Positions 9,656 to 19,272 of a DNA stretch of 64,000 nucleotides are shown piece after piece (the first letter of the stretch is position 1; each line of letters opens with the position of its first letter). The DNA is from a virus (lineage: Duplodnaviria; Caudoviricetes): IMG/VR virus record IMGVR_UViG_3300028833_003520. One strand, written 5' to 3'. The notes under the pieces are model-generated. The model was not told where the DNA came from. It made no database searches and worked only from the letters and a program-made list of their open reading frames with translations. Made by a program: the position numbers and the translations under genes.

Positions 9656-10558
9656 GTGGTCTGACGCAAGCCAAGCATTCATTACACGCTCGAATGATTG
9701 AGTATCACCCATAAGCCTATCGGCGAATAATTCGACAGGAATATATCGGGTTTCAATCTTTGGAGCGTTTTCGAGTGTAGCAGGCTCGTTTTCATCTTCA
9801 TTATCTGTGTCAGGAATGAAAGCGATAGCGACTGTTCCGATGTCACCTTGACGAAGGATATTAAGGTCGATACAACGGTTGGTGATGTAAACGAGATTGT
9901 CAAACTGGTTCTTGGTGCCGTACAGATAACTTGCGAAATTCTCCAAATCTGACTCAACATACTTGTTTGTGTAGGTATGGAGAATGGTGCAGTTTTCAGA
10001 GAACATTTCGTTGTGATTGATGATTTCATCAAGACGTTTCTCAAATTCAGAGAACTGTTTGTCTTCATCAGCACGTCTTTTCTCAAAGATTGTGTAAGCC
10101 TCGTATTCTTTAGCCTCTTTCTCTGGAAGGAGTGCTAATTCTTCTTCAGAAAGAGATGAAGGTGGTGTGTAGGACTCTACTGTATAACCGACTGCTCTTG
10201 AGATTGCTTTGTTACGAGCAATATCTGTATCGGATTTCATATAGACGAGATGGAAACTGAGGTCAGGGCGATTAGCAATGAGTTCATAGAATCCCTTGGG
10301 GTCTATGATGTAAACATCGCATTCTTCAAGTTGCTTTTCTGTGGCGAAGTATTCATATTCACCAATCTTTGTGTATGCAATACAGTTTACCTGTTTTGCT
10401 TTTGATTCAGACGGGTCAATGAAAGTGTGAGTGTCTTCAGTAGGAGAACGCTTAGGACGAGTTGCATACGATTTGAGGATATTCAGTCCTCTCTGTTCAA
10501 GCATACGAGCAAGCGTATCTTTTCCTGTTCCTGAACGACCGACAATCAGATATTTCAT
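9638..10558 (-). CDS. Guanylate kinase-like P-loop protein
   Basis: IVGRSGTGKDT, SYATRPKR, YIIDPKG. Long C-terminal extension. Confidence 0.75.
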   Translation of the reverse strand: MKYLIVGRSGTGKDTLARMLEQRGLNILKSYATRPKRSPTEDTHTFIDPSESKAKQVNCIAYTKIGEYEYFATEKQLEECDVYIIDPKGFYELIANRPDLSFHLVYMKSDTDIARNKAISRAVGYTVESYTPPSSLSEEELALLPEKEAKEYEAYTIFEKRRADEDKQFSEFEKRLDEIINHNEMFSENCTILHTYTNKYVESDLENFASYLYGTKNQFDNLVYITNRCIDLNILRQGDIGTVAIAFIPDTDNEDENEPATLENAPKIETRYIPVELFADRLMGDTQSFERVMNAWLASDHLDDDI

Positions 10559-11601
10559 AATCCGAGGTCTCCTTTCGTAATGGCATCGTTGCCAGTGTAG
10601 TGTTTTTCTGTAGGATTGTCCGATGTAGCGGCAATACCTAAAAGGTCAACCGAAGGAATGGTTGAAGGTAAGTCAGGTTTCCAAATAGCAATGTTAACAT
10701 CTTTGTTGATAGCGTTACGGTTAATCAAAGTTGAGATGATAGTAATTGCGTAGTCCTTGAATTCCTGTTCGGTAGCGTTATGTTCTTCCATATATTTCTG
10801 CTTGTTAAAGCAGATATAAGCACCGTGACGAGAATCCAGAGGGATGATGTAGATAATGTCGCAATCAAAGACATTTTTAGAAATACCTTCAACAAGTTCG
10901 CTTCGAAGCATATATGCATATTCTGCGAAGTCAGAGTAATTGGTAAACAGAATAAGTTTGAAATCATTGGGGAACTTAATTTGTGCTTCACCAATCTGCA
11001 TAGCAGCCTTTGATAAGGTGTTACCCCAAACGCTGTTGTAAAGACCTCTATCGAATGCATAGTTGCTCCAATCATCTTTGTCGCCACCGTTGTTTTTGTA
11101 AACACATAGCGGTTCGGCGTTATCAAAGGTGATATTAGAATAGAAGTCTCCGTTAGGAGCAATACCTGTTAATGTTTTGAAGTATAAGACGAGTCCGAAT
11201 TCGTCTAATTCAATACGAGAAACATCTTTAGCGTATTCTTGCGGTACATCAGCCAGAGGCATTGCGGCAACAATGGTGGTATGGTTGAATGTGGCGTTAT
11301 CACGCCAAGCAGCATTGCAGAGATTCTGAGGCAGTGTGTTGATTGAATTATTGGCACCAATGCAGATACTCATCATAGAGGCTTCTGAGCCATCGTAATT
11401 CTGTGATAGTTCTTCAATGTATAAACAGGGACAGTTTTTTTCGTCTCCTTTGATTTGAAAAACGATACCGTGACCATTATTCGTATGAATAAGGTTAGGT
11501 TTGATACTTTCAACACGAGTTACGAGGACATTATTCTTTATAATCTTGGTCTCAAAGCATCGCTTGAATTCTTCGAAAAATTCGTTGATGTTAATCTTCA
11601 T
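10555..11601 (-). CDS. Hypothetical protein
   Basis: 348 aa ORF with SD AAGGAG, coupled to neighbours. Confidence 0.8.
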   Translation of the reverse strand: MKININEFFEEFKRCFETKIIKNNVLVTRVESIKPNLIHTNNGHGIVFQIKGDEKNCPCLYIEELSQNYDGSEASMMSICIGANNSINTLPQNLCNAAWRDNATFNHTTIVAAMPLADVPQEYAKDVSRIELDEFGLVLYFKTLTGIAPNGDFYSNITFDNAEPLCVYKNNGGDKDDWSNYAFDRGLYNSVWGNTLSKAAMQIGEAQIKFPNDFKLILFTNYSDFAEYAYMLRSELVEGISKNVFDCDIIYIIPLDSRHGAYICFNKQKYMEEHNATEQEFKDYAITIISTLINRNAINKDVNIAIWKPDLPSTIPSVDLLGIAATSDNPTEKHYTGNDAITKGDLGL

Positions 11602-11613
11602 TGGTGAGTCTCC

Positions 11614-12252
11614 TTATTTAAGTTCTGATTGCAATTCAACAAGTCTATTAAAGTCAGATTGATTGAACACAATGTTTCCATTGAGGTCTTGATAATATAA
11701 GACTTTCTTGGTGTATTCTAATGCACCATTATAAGTATATGCTCTTAAGTATATACCTGAAGGGACTTCGCTGACAGGGTATTGTTCGAGCAAGGCTTGT
11801 CCTTGTGGAGAACGAGATGAGATAAAGTAGATGTTATCTACGTTGGCTGAAGCAGCCATTAAATCATCGTAAATAGCCCTGCAATCAGGACAGTCAAAAC
11901 GGTAGTAGATGATAATTGTGCCTGGAGTAAGTTCAGTAGGGAGTGTATCTTCAACAGGCGAGTGACTGATGCCATCATACATAGTCGCAATAGTCATATC
12001 ACGAGTGTATGCTCCGTGTTTGACAGCAATAGCATAACTTGCATTGAGTACGACCATACTGATGAGACTTAATGCTGTAATTATTCCAAGTGCAACAATT
12101 ACTCTTTTCTTGGCTTTTTGAGCCGTATCTTTGATGCCTTTTCTGAACTTACGAATAGTGTCAATGAGTATAATGACGATGATAATGATACCAATGAGTG
12201 AAATGAAATAGGTAGCATTTACAGCGTCATCTAACTTCAAAGTGCTAAACAT
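11614..12252 (-). CDS. Membrane-anchored thioredoxin-fold protein
   Basis: Two N-terminal TM helices, FDCPDC (CxxC), and a VP cis-Pro-like motif (EVPS). Confidence 0.7.
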   Translation of the reverse strand: MFSTLKLDDAVNATYFISLIGIIIIVIILIDTIRKFRKGIKDTAQKAKKRVIVALGIITALSLISMVVLNASYAIAVKHGAYTRDMTIATMYDGISHSPVEDTLPTELTPGTIIIYYRFDCPDCRAIYDDLMAASANVDNIYFISSRSPQGQALLEQYPVSEVPSGIYLRAYTYNGALEYTKKVLYYQDLNGNIVFNQSDFNRLVELQSELK

Positions 12253-13480
12253 TTTCGTTATCCTTTCTTACTTTGAGTATGTTCTGCGGAGTATCAAATG
12301 CTTGATTGGGATTATCTTTCATTAAGCATTTTCTTCTACGGATGGAATCCTTGAAAGGTATGATACGACCGTCAGACATATGCCGTATTCCACCACGAGC
12401 GTGCCAAACAGGAACCTTGTATTTAACAATGGTTTCTTCTGTAGGCATTCTGGGTATTTTAACGGACTGGACTTTGATGTTGCCGACATAGCGAATATGT
12501 CTGTTATCAACAGCAATTTCTTCGCTTGGCTGTGCAACAATCGTTCGGGGAGTAGATGTTCGTGTAGTACGAACTTTCTCGTTGTACAGTTTGATATTGA
12601 CTAATGCAATAAGACTGATGAAAATCGTGGCAAGACTATTGAAAATAGTTTTACCGTGTTTTTCGTTTTCAAGCAATTGTGTGCCATATCTTCGAATAGG
12701 TTCGGAAACGGCGTTAACCAAAACTGTACTATAGAAAACCGTTTGTTCGTCTTCACTCCAACATTCTTTATTCAAGTCAATTTCGGTGAAAATATCGGTA
12801 AAGAATTTGTATGGAATACAATCTTTTTGTAAGTCTAAAGATGAAGCGGTAAAGACTCCTTCTATACCTGGCTGCCACGTCACCATATGGTCGTCGGAAA
12901 CATAGTTGACGTAATCTTTGACATAGATAGTGGCAGATTGATTTACAGAATCAATTTCCTGTATTTTCCAATAGATGTATCTGTCGGCAGTAATCTGCAA
13001 TACGCCTTCTGAAAAACAGGGAACACACAAAAGCCAACTGTTTGATTCTATATCGGAATTAAGTTTTGCTTCAGTAAGAAGTTGTAGGATTTTGTTAAAA
13101 TCAACCTGTGTTCCTTTGACGTGAGATTTTCCGAAAAGATACTCTTGTAAGTCGATTATATCCAAAGATTTTAACTTTTTCTTGGAAAGTGCAAGACCTC
13201 TATTTACAATCAATTGATTGTATGAGCGTTGTAGCATCTTTGGATTAAGACCATAGCGTTCGTTAGCAATTTGACCGACTAATTCTATTTCATCATTTAT
13301 GGTATGAATGAGAAGGTCTTCATCGACAGCAGTATCGACTTTGGCGAATGCGTCATTAAGTCGTTTCTGCAAAAGTATAGCGAGAGGGTCGCTCGACTTT
13401 GAATAGAAGGTGTTATGCTTCGTGTCGCTTTGACCTGCAACTCTCATAGAGAAAGGTAGGCGAGAATTATTCGGCAACAT
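12245..13480 (-). CDS. Hypothetical protein (basic C-terminus WHARGGIRH)
   Basis: 411 aa ORF with SD AAAGGAG. Confidence 0.8.
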   Translation of the reverse strand: MLPNNSRLPFSMRVAGQSDTKHNTFYSKSSDPLAILLQKRLNDAFAKVDTAVDEDLLIHTINDEIELVGQIANERYGLNPKMLQRSYNQLIVNRGLALSKKKLKSLDIIDLQEYLFGKSHVKGTQVDFNKILQLLTEAKLNSDIESNSWLLCVPCFSEGVLQITADRYIYWKIQEIDSVNQSATIYVKDYVNYVSDDHMVTWQPGIEGVFTASSLDLQKDCIPYKFFTDIFTEIDLNKECWSEDEQTVFYSTVLVNAVSEPIRRYGTQLLENEKHGKTIFNSLATIFISLIALVNIKLYNEKVRTTRTSTPRTIVAQPSEEIAVDNRHIRYVGNIKVQSVKIPRMPTEETIVKYKVPVWHARGGIRHMSDGRIIPFKDSIRRRKCLMKDNPNQAFDTPQNILKVRKDNENV

Positions 13481-13502
13481 AAATTGCTCCTTTCGTTAAG
13501 TA

Positions 13503-14516
13503 TTATTCTTCATCGTTTTCGGTTTTCTGATTATTTGGGTTACCTCTATCTTTACTGATGACATTTTTAGCAATCCATAAAAGCCAAGGAAGACCACATC
13601 GCTTTTCAGTATGCTTTTGTCTAAAAGTCAGTTTGTCTTTGGCAACTTCATACAATATCCACGCTTTTTCGTTATCGGTGTAAGTATGACCGATTTTCCT
13701 TATTCCGTAGGATTTGATTAAGCATTTAAGTTTGTAGTGAAGAAAGCCTATATAGGCAAATTCGTATTTGGAAGGGTCGTCTTCAGTAGGATAATTATCC
13801 TTCTTGAAGTCTGATGGGGTTTTCTTGTATTTGCTTCTTGAAAGGAGAGTCACTATCTCGTCTTTCAAAGGAATGTCTTCAGGTTCTAATTCAGAAACAT
13901 CAACTTCTGTGGCAATAACTTCTTTCTGAATGGCACAGAGTTCTCTGAATACTTCTGTAAAGTCACCGTTTCCAGTAGCAGGACCAATGGAATTACGAGT
14001 AAATGTGATGTAGTGGTTCATCAAGATTTCGTAGAAATTGTGTTCCTCTTGAAGCGTGACTTTCTTTGCGGCTATAGGATATTCTGTTATACAAGCAGGA
14101 AGAGGGAAGACAAGATGAATGCCTTTACCTGATACAGAAACTTCACCATAAACGTAGTTAAGTTGTAGTAGTTTATCTTTGATATGTTTAGGGCACGAAG
14201 GCTCTATATCAAGTACAACGAAACCGTCGATGAGTGCGTCAAGCCAGTATGTGTTGTTTGCGGCATCAGGAACGTACTGACAGATTGTATCTAAATCGGT
14301 TAGGCACTGTTCGTTAGCAAACTTTGCACCTGTCAATTCGTTGTCATAAATCATCCTGTAGATGTCTAAGGGCATCTTCTTAATCTTTCCATTATCTTTC
14401 ATTTGTTTAGTCGAGATAGTCCATTTTTTGTTGTTCTTAATGGACTGAATGAATGGATTAGAGTAGAAATCCTTAAACATCTCGTAAGGATTACACTGAA
14501 CAGACGGCTGATACAT
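13503..14516 (-). CDS. Archaeo-eukaryotic primase (prim-pol)-like protein
   Basis: KMPLD, VVLDIE (motif I), EVSVSGKGIH (motif II). Confidence 0.7.
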   Translation of the reverse strand: MYQPSVQCNPYEMFKDFYSNPFIQSIKNNKKWTISTKQMKDNGKIKKMPLDIYRMIYDNELTGAKFANEQCLTDLDTICQYVPDAANNTYWLDALIDGFVVLDIEPSCPKHIKDKLLQLNYVYGEVSVSGKGIHLVFPLPACITEYPIAAKKVTLQEEHNFYEILMNHYITFTRNSIGPATGNGDFTEVFRELCAIQKEVIATEVDVSELEPEDIPLKDEIVTLLSRSKYKKTPSDFKKDNYPTEDDPSKYEFAYIGFLHYKLKCLIKSYGIRKIGHTYTDNEKAWILYEVAKDKLTFRQKHTEKRCGLPWLLWIAKNVISKDRGNPNNQKTENDEE

Positions 14517-14723
14517 AGTCGTGTTTCCTTTCTTCTTGTTACTGTTTTTTGGTATAAGGCAAGGGGATATAGTCGCACTCTATATTCCCCTTAACCTTTA
14601 AGTTTTACCATAATTTAAGGAGTATAAATTAGATGATGATTATCGTAATAAGTACGAGTAGCCTACAATCAAATGACTGTAGGCTACCGATAGTTACTTA
14701 TTTATTGAGTCACGAAAGACTTC

Positions 14724-15815
14724 TTACTGAATGTAAGCACTTCTGCTATCTGCGGCAGGGTCATAACGAATACCGCCCTGAGGCTGAGCCTGTGTCTGCT
14801 GTCCAGGGTTGTACATAGCACCACCCTTTGCAGGGTCATATGCCTGCGGAGCCTGAGGAGCAGGCTGAACGGGTGCGTTCTGTGCAGGATTGTAAGGTGC
14901 GTTAGGAACTGCCTGTGTCTGCTGAACAGGTGCGTATGCTCCGTTCTGTGCAGGGTTATACGGCTGTCTGTTTGCACTATAAGGCTGTGCAGGAGCAGGA
15001 GTATTCTGAATAGGCTGCTGAACGGGTGCACTCTGTGCAGGGTTGTAAGGAGCGTTTGTAGGCTGTGCCTGATACTGAGGCTGAGCCTGAGGCTGTGCCT
15101 GATACTGCTGAACGGGTGCGTTCTGTGCAGGATTGTAAGGCTGACCAGCAGAAGGCTGTGCATAACCTACATTCGGCTGATAAAGTGCCTGCTGTGCAGG
15201 GTTGTAAGGCTGACCGTTAGGTTCTGCCTGAGGATGAATACGTCTATCGTAGCCCTGAAGCGGTACGAATGTTGCTCCAGAATCAGCGAAAGCCGTGCCT
15301 GCACGATAGATAGGCTCCTCTTCGCAGATGATGTCGTTAAGAGTACAACCGCAACCTGCGTAGTTCTTGCTCTTGAATGTACGGACTGTCATAGTGACTG
15401 TCATTCCCTGTGCAAGTTCACCTTCAGGTCTAATCTCAACCAACTGATTGCCACGACGAACGGCTACGATAGGAAGGGTGTTACCCTTGTTAACATAACT
15501 GCACCAAAGTCCCTTTGATGTGTCGTAGTTAATCTTGTCTGCCTGCTTCGGATAGTAGAGACGCTCGGCGATGTACTGCTCTTCAAGAGTAGGGTTCTGA
15601 GGGTCTTTGAATACTACCTCTGCGAAGTTGATGGTGAGAGATGTGTGCGGCTTGTCAATAGGGGACATACCCATATTAACTCTGCGTGCATTGGTGTTCT
15701 CAAGTTCCTTGCCCTGAATCTGTGAGGTAACTCTGCAATACTGCACCTTACCTCTGATATGGACTGTTTCGTTAGGTCTAATCATTGTCTTCGTGATTTT
15801 CTTCTCATTACTCAT
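14724..15815 (-). CDS. Putative ssDNA-binding protein with long Q/P/A/N-rich repeat tail
   Basis: Beta-rich ~180 aa N-domain next to the primase. Tail has repeated PYNPAQ. Start at 15815 after AAGGAG. SSB call is inference. Confidence 0.55.
   Translation of the reverse strand: MSNEKKITKTMIRPNETVHIRGKVQYCRVTSQIQGKELENTNARRVNMGMSPIDKPHTSLTINFAEVVFKDPQNPTLEEQYIAERLYYPKQADKINYDTSKGLWCSYVNKGNTLPIVAVRRGNQLVEIRPEGELAQGMTVTMTVRTFKSKNYAGCGCTLNDIICEEEPIYRAGTAFADSGATFVPLQGYDRRIHPQAEPNGQPYNPAQQALYQPNVGYAQPSAGQPYNPAQNAPVQQYQAQPQAQPQYQAQPTNAPYNPAQSAPVQQPIQNTPAPAQPYSANRQPYNPAQNGAYAPVQQTQAVPNAPYNPAQNAPVQPAPQAPQAYDPAKGGAMYNPGQQTQAQPQGGIRYDPAADSRSAYIQ
14864..15140. repeat. Coding degenerate tandem repeats (PYNPAQ units)
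   Basis: Identical 34-mer GCTGAACGGGTGCGTTCTGTGCAGGATTGTAAGG at 14864-14897 and 15107-15140, with degenerate copies between. Confidence 0.9.
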
Positions 15816-16092
15816 AATGAATTTTCTCCTTAAATGTAGATTCGTAATTCTTAGTTCGTAATTTCGATTCGATATTCGGCTCAAATAATTATTCGAAAAG
15901 TAGGTGCGACAAATAAATATTTTTGCAAAAATATGTATTCGACTGTGCGAAATAAGTTAAGTTGGTGTGAGATTGCTCCGCTACTTAATCTCAGAATTTT
16001 AAGCGGAAGATAGTTAGCCCATTGGTCTCACTCCTTTCTTGTTCTGGATTTATACTTGAAACATAATCACAGGTAAAATATTATATTTTAAC

Positions 16093-16121
16093 TTGAAAAT
16101 ACAATTTCCCTGTGATATAGT
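16093..16121 (+). promoter_or_regulatory. sigmaA-type promoter for the LysM gene
   Basis: TTGAAA-N17-TATAGT with TGn extension. Confidence 0.6.
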
Positions 16122-16181
16122 GAGTATATCATAAATTTACTCATTTATCAATACTTTTTTCAGGAAAGGACGACAAAAAGT

Positions 16182-16814
16182 ATGAAAAACGAACGAGTCA
16201 TCATCACTGTGGTTGGCGTGACTGCCACCCTTGCAGTAGCGGTTGGTGCCTTCTTCGTTGTCCGTGAAGTAGTGTTCGATACACAGACGGTTCGAGCAGC
16301 AGAAATAGCAGACCAATGCGTTGAATATACTGAAAAGTATAACGAGATGGCTGGACTGTACTATAATGCTATGAACCCGAAGCCGACTACTACAACAACT
16401 ATCGAAACTAAGATTACTGGTGATGTATCTGTCACAGTAACTCAAGACGGTACAGTTATTGCGGATAACAACGGAAGTCCTGACGGCTCTGTCAAAGTTG
16501 ACGTGACCGTTGGTAGCGATGGGTCGGTTAATGTCGGTGTGGATGTTCCTCCCGAACAACCGCCTGAAGAACCTGCTGAACAGCCTGTAATCGTCGATGG
16601 AGAGGAAATCTACATCAGTCAGATTACGACAGTAGCGGAGAACGGAGACTTGATTTACAGAATCAAGTGGGGCGATACATTGTGCCGAATTTCACGTATT
16701 TTCGGTTACTCTGTACAAGAACTTGCAGAATACAATCATATCAAGAACCCTGACCTGATATATGCGGATTCTACACTCCGAATTCCGACTTCAAAGTCGA
16801 AGCCGAACGGTTAA
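16182..16814 (+). CDS. Membrane-anchored LysM-domain protein
   Basis: N-terminal TM helix. C-terminal YRIKWGDTLCRIS...VQELAEYNHIKNPDLIYADSTLRIP. Confidence 0.88.
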   Translation: MKNERVIITVVGVTATLAVAVGAFFVVREVVFDTQTVRAAEIADQCVEYTEKYNEMAGLYYNAMNPKPTTTTTIETKITGDVSVTVTQDGTVIADNNGSPDGSVKVDVTVGSDGSVNVGVDVPPEQPPEEPAEQPVIVDGEEIYISQITTVAENGDLIYRIKWGDTLCRISRIFGYSVQELAEYNHIKNPDLIYADSTLRIPTSKSKPNG

Positions 16815-16839
16815 AACCTGAATTTATGATAGACACTTG

Positions 16840-16867
16840 GAAAGGCACCCTGTAAGGGGTGCTTTTC
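16840..16867. terminator. Bidirectional intrinsic terminator between convergent genes
   Basis: GAAAGGCACCC-TGTAA-GGGGTGCTTTTC. Confidence 0.75.
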
Positions 16868-18691
16868 TTATGTGTCGATTATGCGTTTTATTGCTTCAAG
16901 GGTTTTAATTTGAGCGTTCTTATAGTCGTCTAAAACTTGCTTGATTTGAAGTATCTTGTCTTCATCGGTAGCAGACGCAATCGCTTGAATTGCAGTCTCG
17001 ATGATGTTCTGTGCATCCTGTATAGCAGGTGGACTTGGAACGATGGCAAGATTGTCAGGTGAAGAAATACCGTTCTGACTATAATCCATTCCATCAGGCG
17101 ACTGAATCGCATAGGTCGGTTGGGCAGGATAGGACGGTGTTACTTCATAGGTGTTAGGCGGTACAGGAGTGACATAGTTATTGTCAATATCGAGTTCTGA
17201 TGTGAGGTCTGCTAATATAGCAGTTGTATCAATATCAGACATTATCTGTACGCCGTTAGCCGATACATTCGTTTCAAGAGTTTCGTAAAGTTCGCATTTA
17301 ACAGAGTCAATGAGGGCTTCTTGTGATGTGTCTTTTCGTTCAATATTCGCCCAAGAACGAAGGTCATAAGTACCCTGAACCATAAGGTGATGTACCATAG
17401 TAGGATAAATAGCACCTTGGCGGTTAAGTCGTTTGATACACTGTTTATATTCCTCAAGCGATTGAGGAAGGGTGTACCAAATGAGTGTATGACCGCCATC
17501 TTGGAGATTTAAGCCGTGTCCTGATGAGGCTGGCTGAACGAGAAGAACTTTAATCTTACCTTCGTTCCATCTTTTCTTCATTTTTGGCGAACCATCAAAT
17601 TGCTCAAAAGGAATCTTAAGTTTAGTTAAGTAATCCTTTAGCATTTTGAGGTCTGAATAGTAATGGTAGGCAACCATTACATTGTCATCTGTATTGTTAA
17701 TGATATACTCAGTTGCTTCGAGTTTCTTTTCGTGTATCTTAAAGAACTCGTGACTACCTGACTCTTTGTATAGAGCACCTGAAGCCATTTGTTGCAGTCG
17801 CCCTGCAAGGACGGCGGCATTGGCTGCGGTAATCTCTTCACCATCAATTTCTAAAACGAGGTCTTCTTTGAACCGTTTATACATATTCATCTCATTATCG
17901 TCGAGATAAAGAGGTATGAAATTGAGGTTGATAGGTGGGATATACATTGAGGAGTTTTTCATAGAGATAACGAGGTCGCTTATAAGGCGGAATATCTCTT
18001 GTTCGGCTCCTGGAATGGGTTTCCATCCCATCTTCTTGCCAGGCACTTTTGGTGTTTCAAAACGCTCTCTAAAGCGTGTGATACAATCACCAAGACGGTA
18101 ACCCATATCAAGTAGCCAAGTTTCAGCCCAAAGGTCTTCAATGCCTTTAGGCATAGGAGTACCTGTGAGTCCGATAAGACGCTCGATATAAGGTCTTACT
18201 TTCTGTAAGGCTTGGAATCGGTCCGAGTCATAAGACTTGAACGATTGTATTTCGTCAATGATAACGGTAGGAAAGTACCACACAGGAGAAATTCTGTTTA
18301 ATACTTTGTCGTAGAATGTGGGCATATTTTCTATGAGGTCAACAACAAGGTCTCGGTTGATAAACCAGACTGTAGGTGGCTCATTAGGAATACTCTTGTA
18401 TAATGCTAATCGTTTTTTACGAGTTAGTTTATTTCCACGTTCATTGACGATAAGAGATTTGTATCTAAAGGGATAATTCCATTTTTCAATCTCTTCAACC
18501 CAAGTCGAACGAGCAATGTTCTTGGGTGCAATTATCAGTATATGATGATTGGGATTTATATCGTCCATTGCATCTAAAGTAGTGCGTGTTTTGCCTAAAC
18601 CCATATTCAAGAATAAGGAACAGTATGGATGAGTTAGAATGAAGTCTTTTGCAACCTGTTGATGTGGTAGCAAAGGTGTTTGTGATTCCAT
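16868..18691 (-). CDS. Phage-type SNF2 family helicase
   Basis: MGLGKT, IIDEIQ, GLTGTP, SGHGLNLQ, RLNRQG motifs. Confidence 0.9.
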   Translation of the reverse strand: MESQTPLLPHQQVAKDFILTHPYCSLFLNMGLGKTRTTLDAMDDINPNHHILIIAPKNIARSTWVEEIEKWNYPFRYKSLIVNERGNKLTRKKRLALYKSIPNEPPTVWFINRDLVVDLIENMPTFYDKVLNRISPVWYFPTVIIDEIQSFKSYDSDRFQALQKVRPYIERLIGLTGTPMPKGIEDLWAETWLLDMGYRLGDCITRFRERFETPKVPGKKMGWKPIPGAEQEIFRLISDLVISMKNSSMYIPPINLNFIPLYLDDNEMNMYKRFKEDLVLEIDGEEITAANAAVLAGRLQQMASGALYKESGSHEFFKIHEKKLEATEYIINNTDDNVMVAYHYYSDLKMLKDYLTKLKIPFEQFDGSPKMKKRWNEGKIKVLLVQPASSGHGLNLQDGGHTLIWYTLPQSLEEYKQCIKRLNRQGAIYPTMVHHLMVQGTYDLRSWANIERKDTSQEALIDSVKCELYETLETNVSANGVQIMSDIDTTAILADLTSELDIDNNYVTPVPPNTYEVTPSYPAQPTYAIQSPDGMDYSQNGISSPDNLAIVPSPPAIQDAQNIIETAIQAIASATDEDKILQIKQVLDDYKNAQIKTLEAIKRIIDT

Positions 18692-18774
18692 CAGTATTCA
18701 TATCCTTTCTTTAGAATTTAATGCCGTAATAACATTGTGGATTTGCGTACAGCAAATGAGTTTGTTGGCAAACT

Positions 18775-19272
18775 CTATGATTGAACGCAATCATAACTTA
18801 TACGGGGTGTAAAGCCATACTGAATTTCGTCGTGTTCCATTTCTGTTACGATTGGGAGTGATAGGGGTTCATATCCTAAATCATTGAAAAGGTTGAACCA
18901 AAACTGTTTTGCATAATCATTAGTTTTTAGAATCATCAGACAGTATTTTCCTGTATGACTGTTAACGAAGTTGGTAACAGTGTTTGTCATAAGGAAGTGA
19001 TGTCTGTATTCTTTGCTAACGTATGACTGACAGATGAAGTAATCACAGTCAGGGTGACAGTCAGGAGCCTTTCCAATGATTAAGAAACCTACAATGGTAT
19101 CGTCAGAGACGATATCAATCCATTCATAGTAGGGTTGGTCGAGATAATCTTGGCACCATTGAAATTTGGTGGAAGGTAAATCAGGGAAGGGGAAGCCCTT
19201 GATTTCTTCAAGGTCTTTGACATATTGAGCATAGAGAGCGTGTCTTCTTGTCTGAAGATTTTGCTTACTCAT
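18775..19272 (-). CDS. GNAT-like acetyltransferase
   Basis: IVGFLII, SYVSKEYR, NDYAKQFW pattern. Confidence 0.6.
   Translation of the reverse strand: MSKQNLQTRRHALYAQYVKDLEEIKGFPFPDLPSTKFQWCQDYLDQPYYEWIDIVSDDTIVGFLIIGKAPDCHPDCDYFICQSYVSKEYRHHFLMTNTVTNFVNSHTGKYCLMILKTNDYAKQFWFNLFNDLGYEPLSLPIVTEMEHDEIQYGFTPRISYDCVQS

Noticed and set aside
14702-15163. Alternate-frame 153-aa repetitive ORF (LTILHRTHPFS)
   Set aside because: Frame-shifted reading of the PYNPAQ repeat region; no SD.
14864-15220. Direct repeats resembling a CRISPR array
   Set aside because: Degenerate, in-frame coding repeats with irregular spacing; no cas genes.
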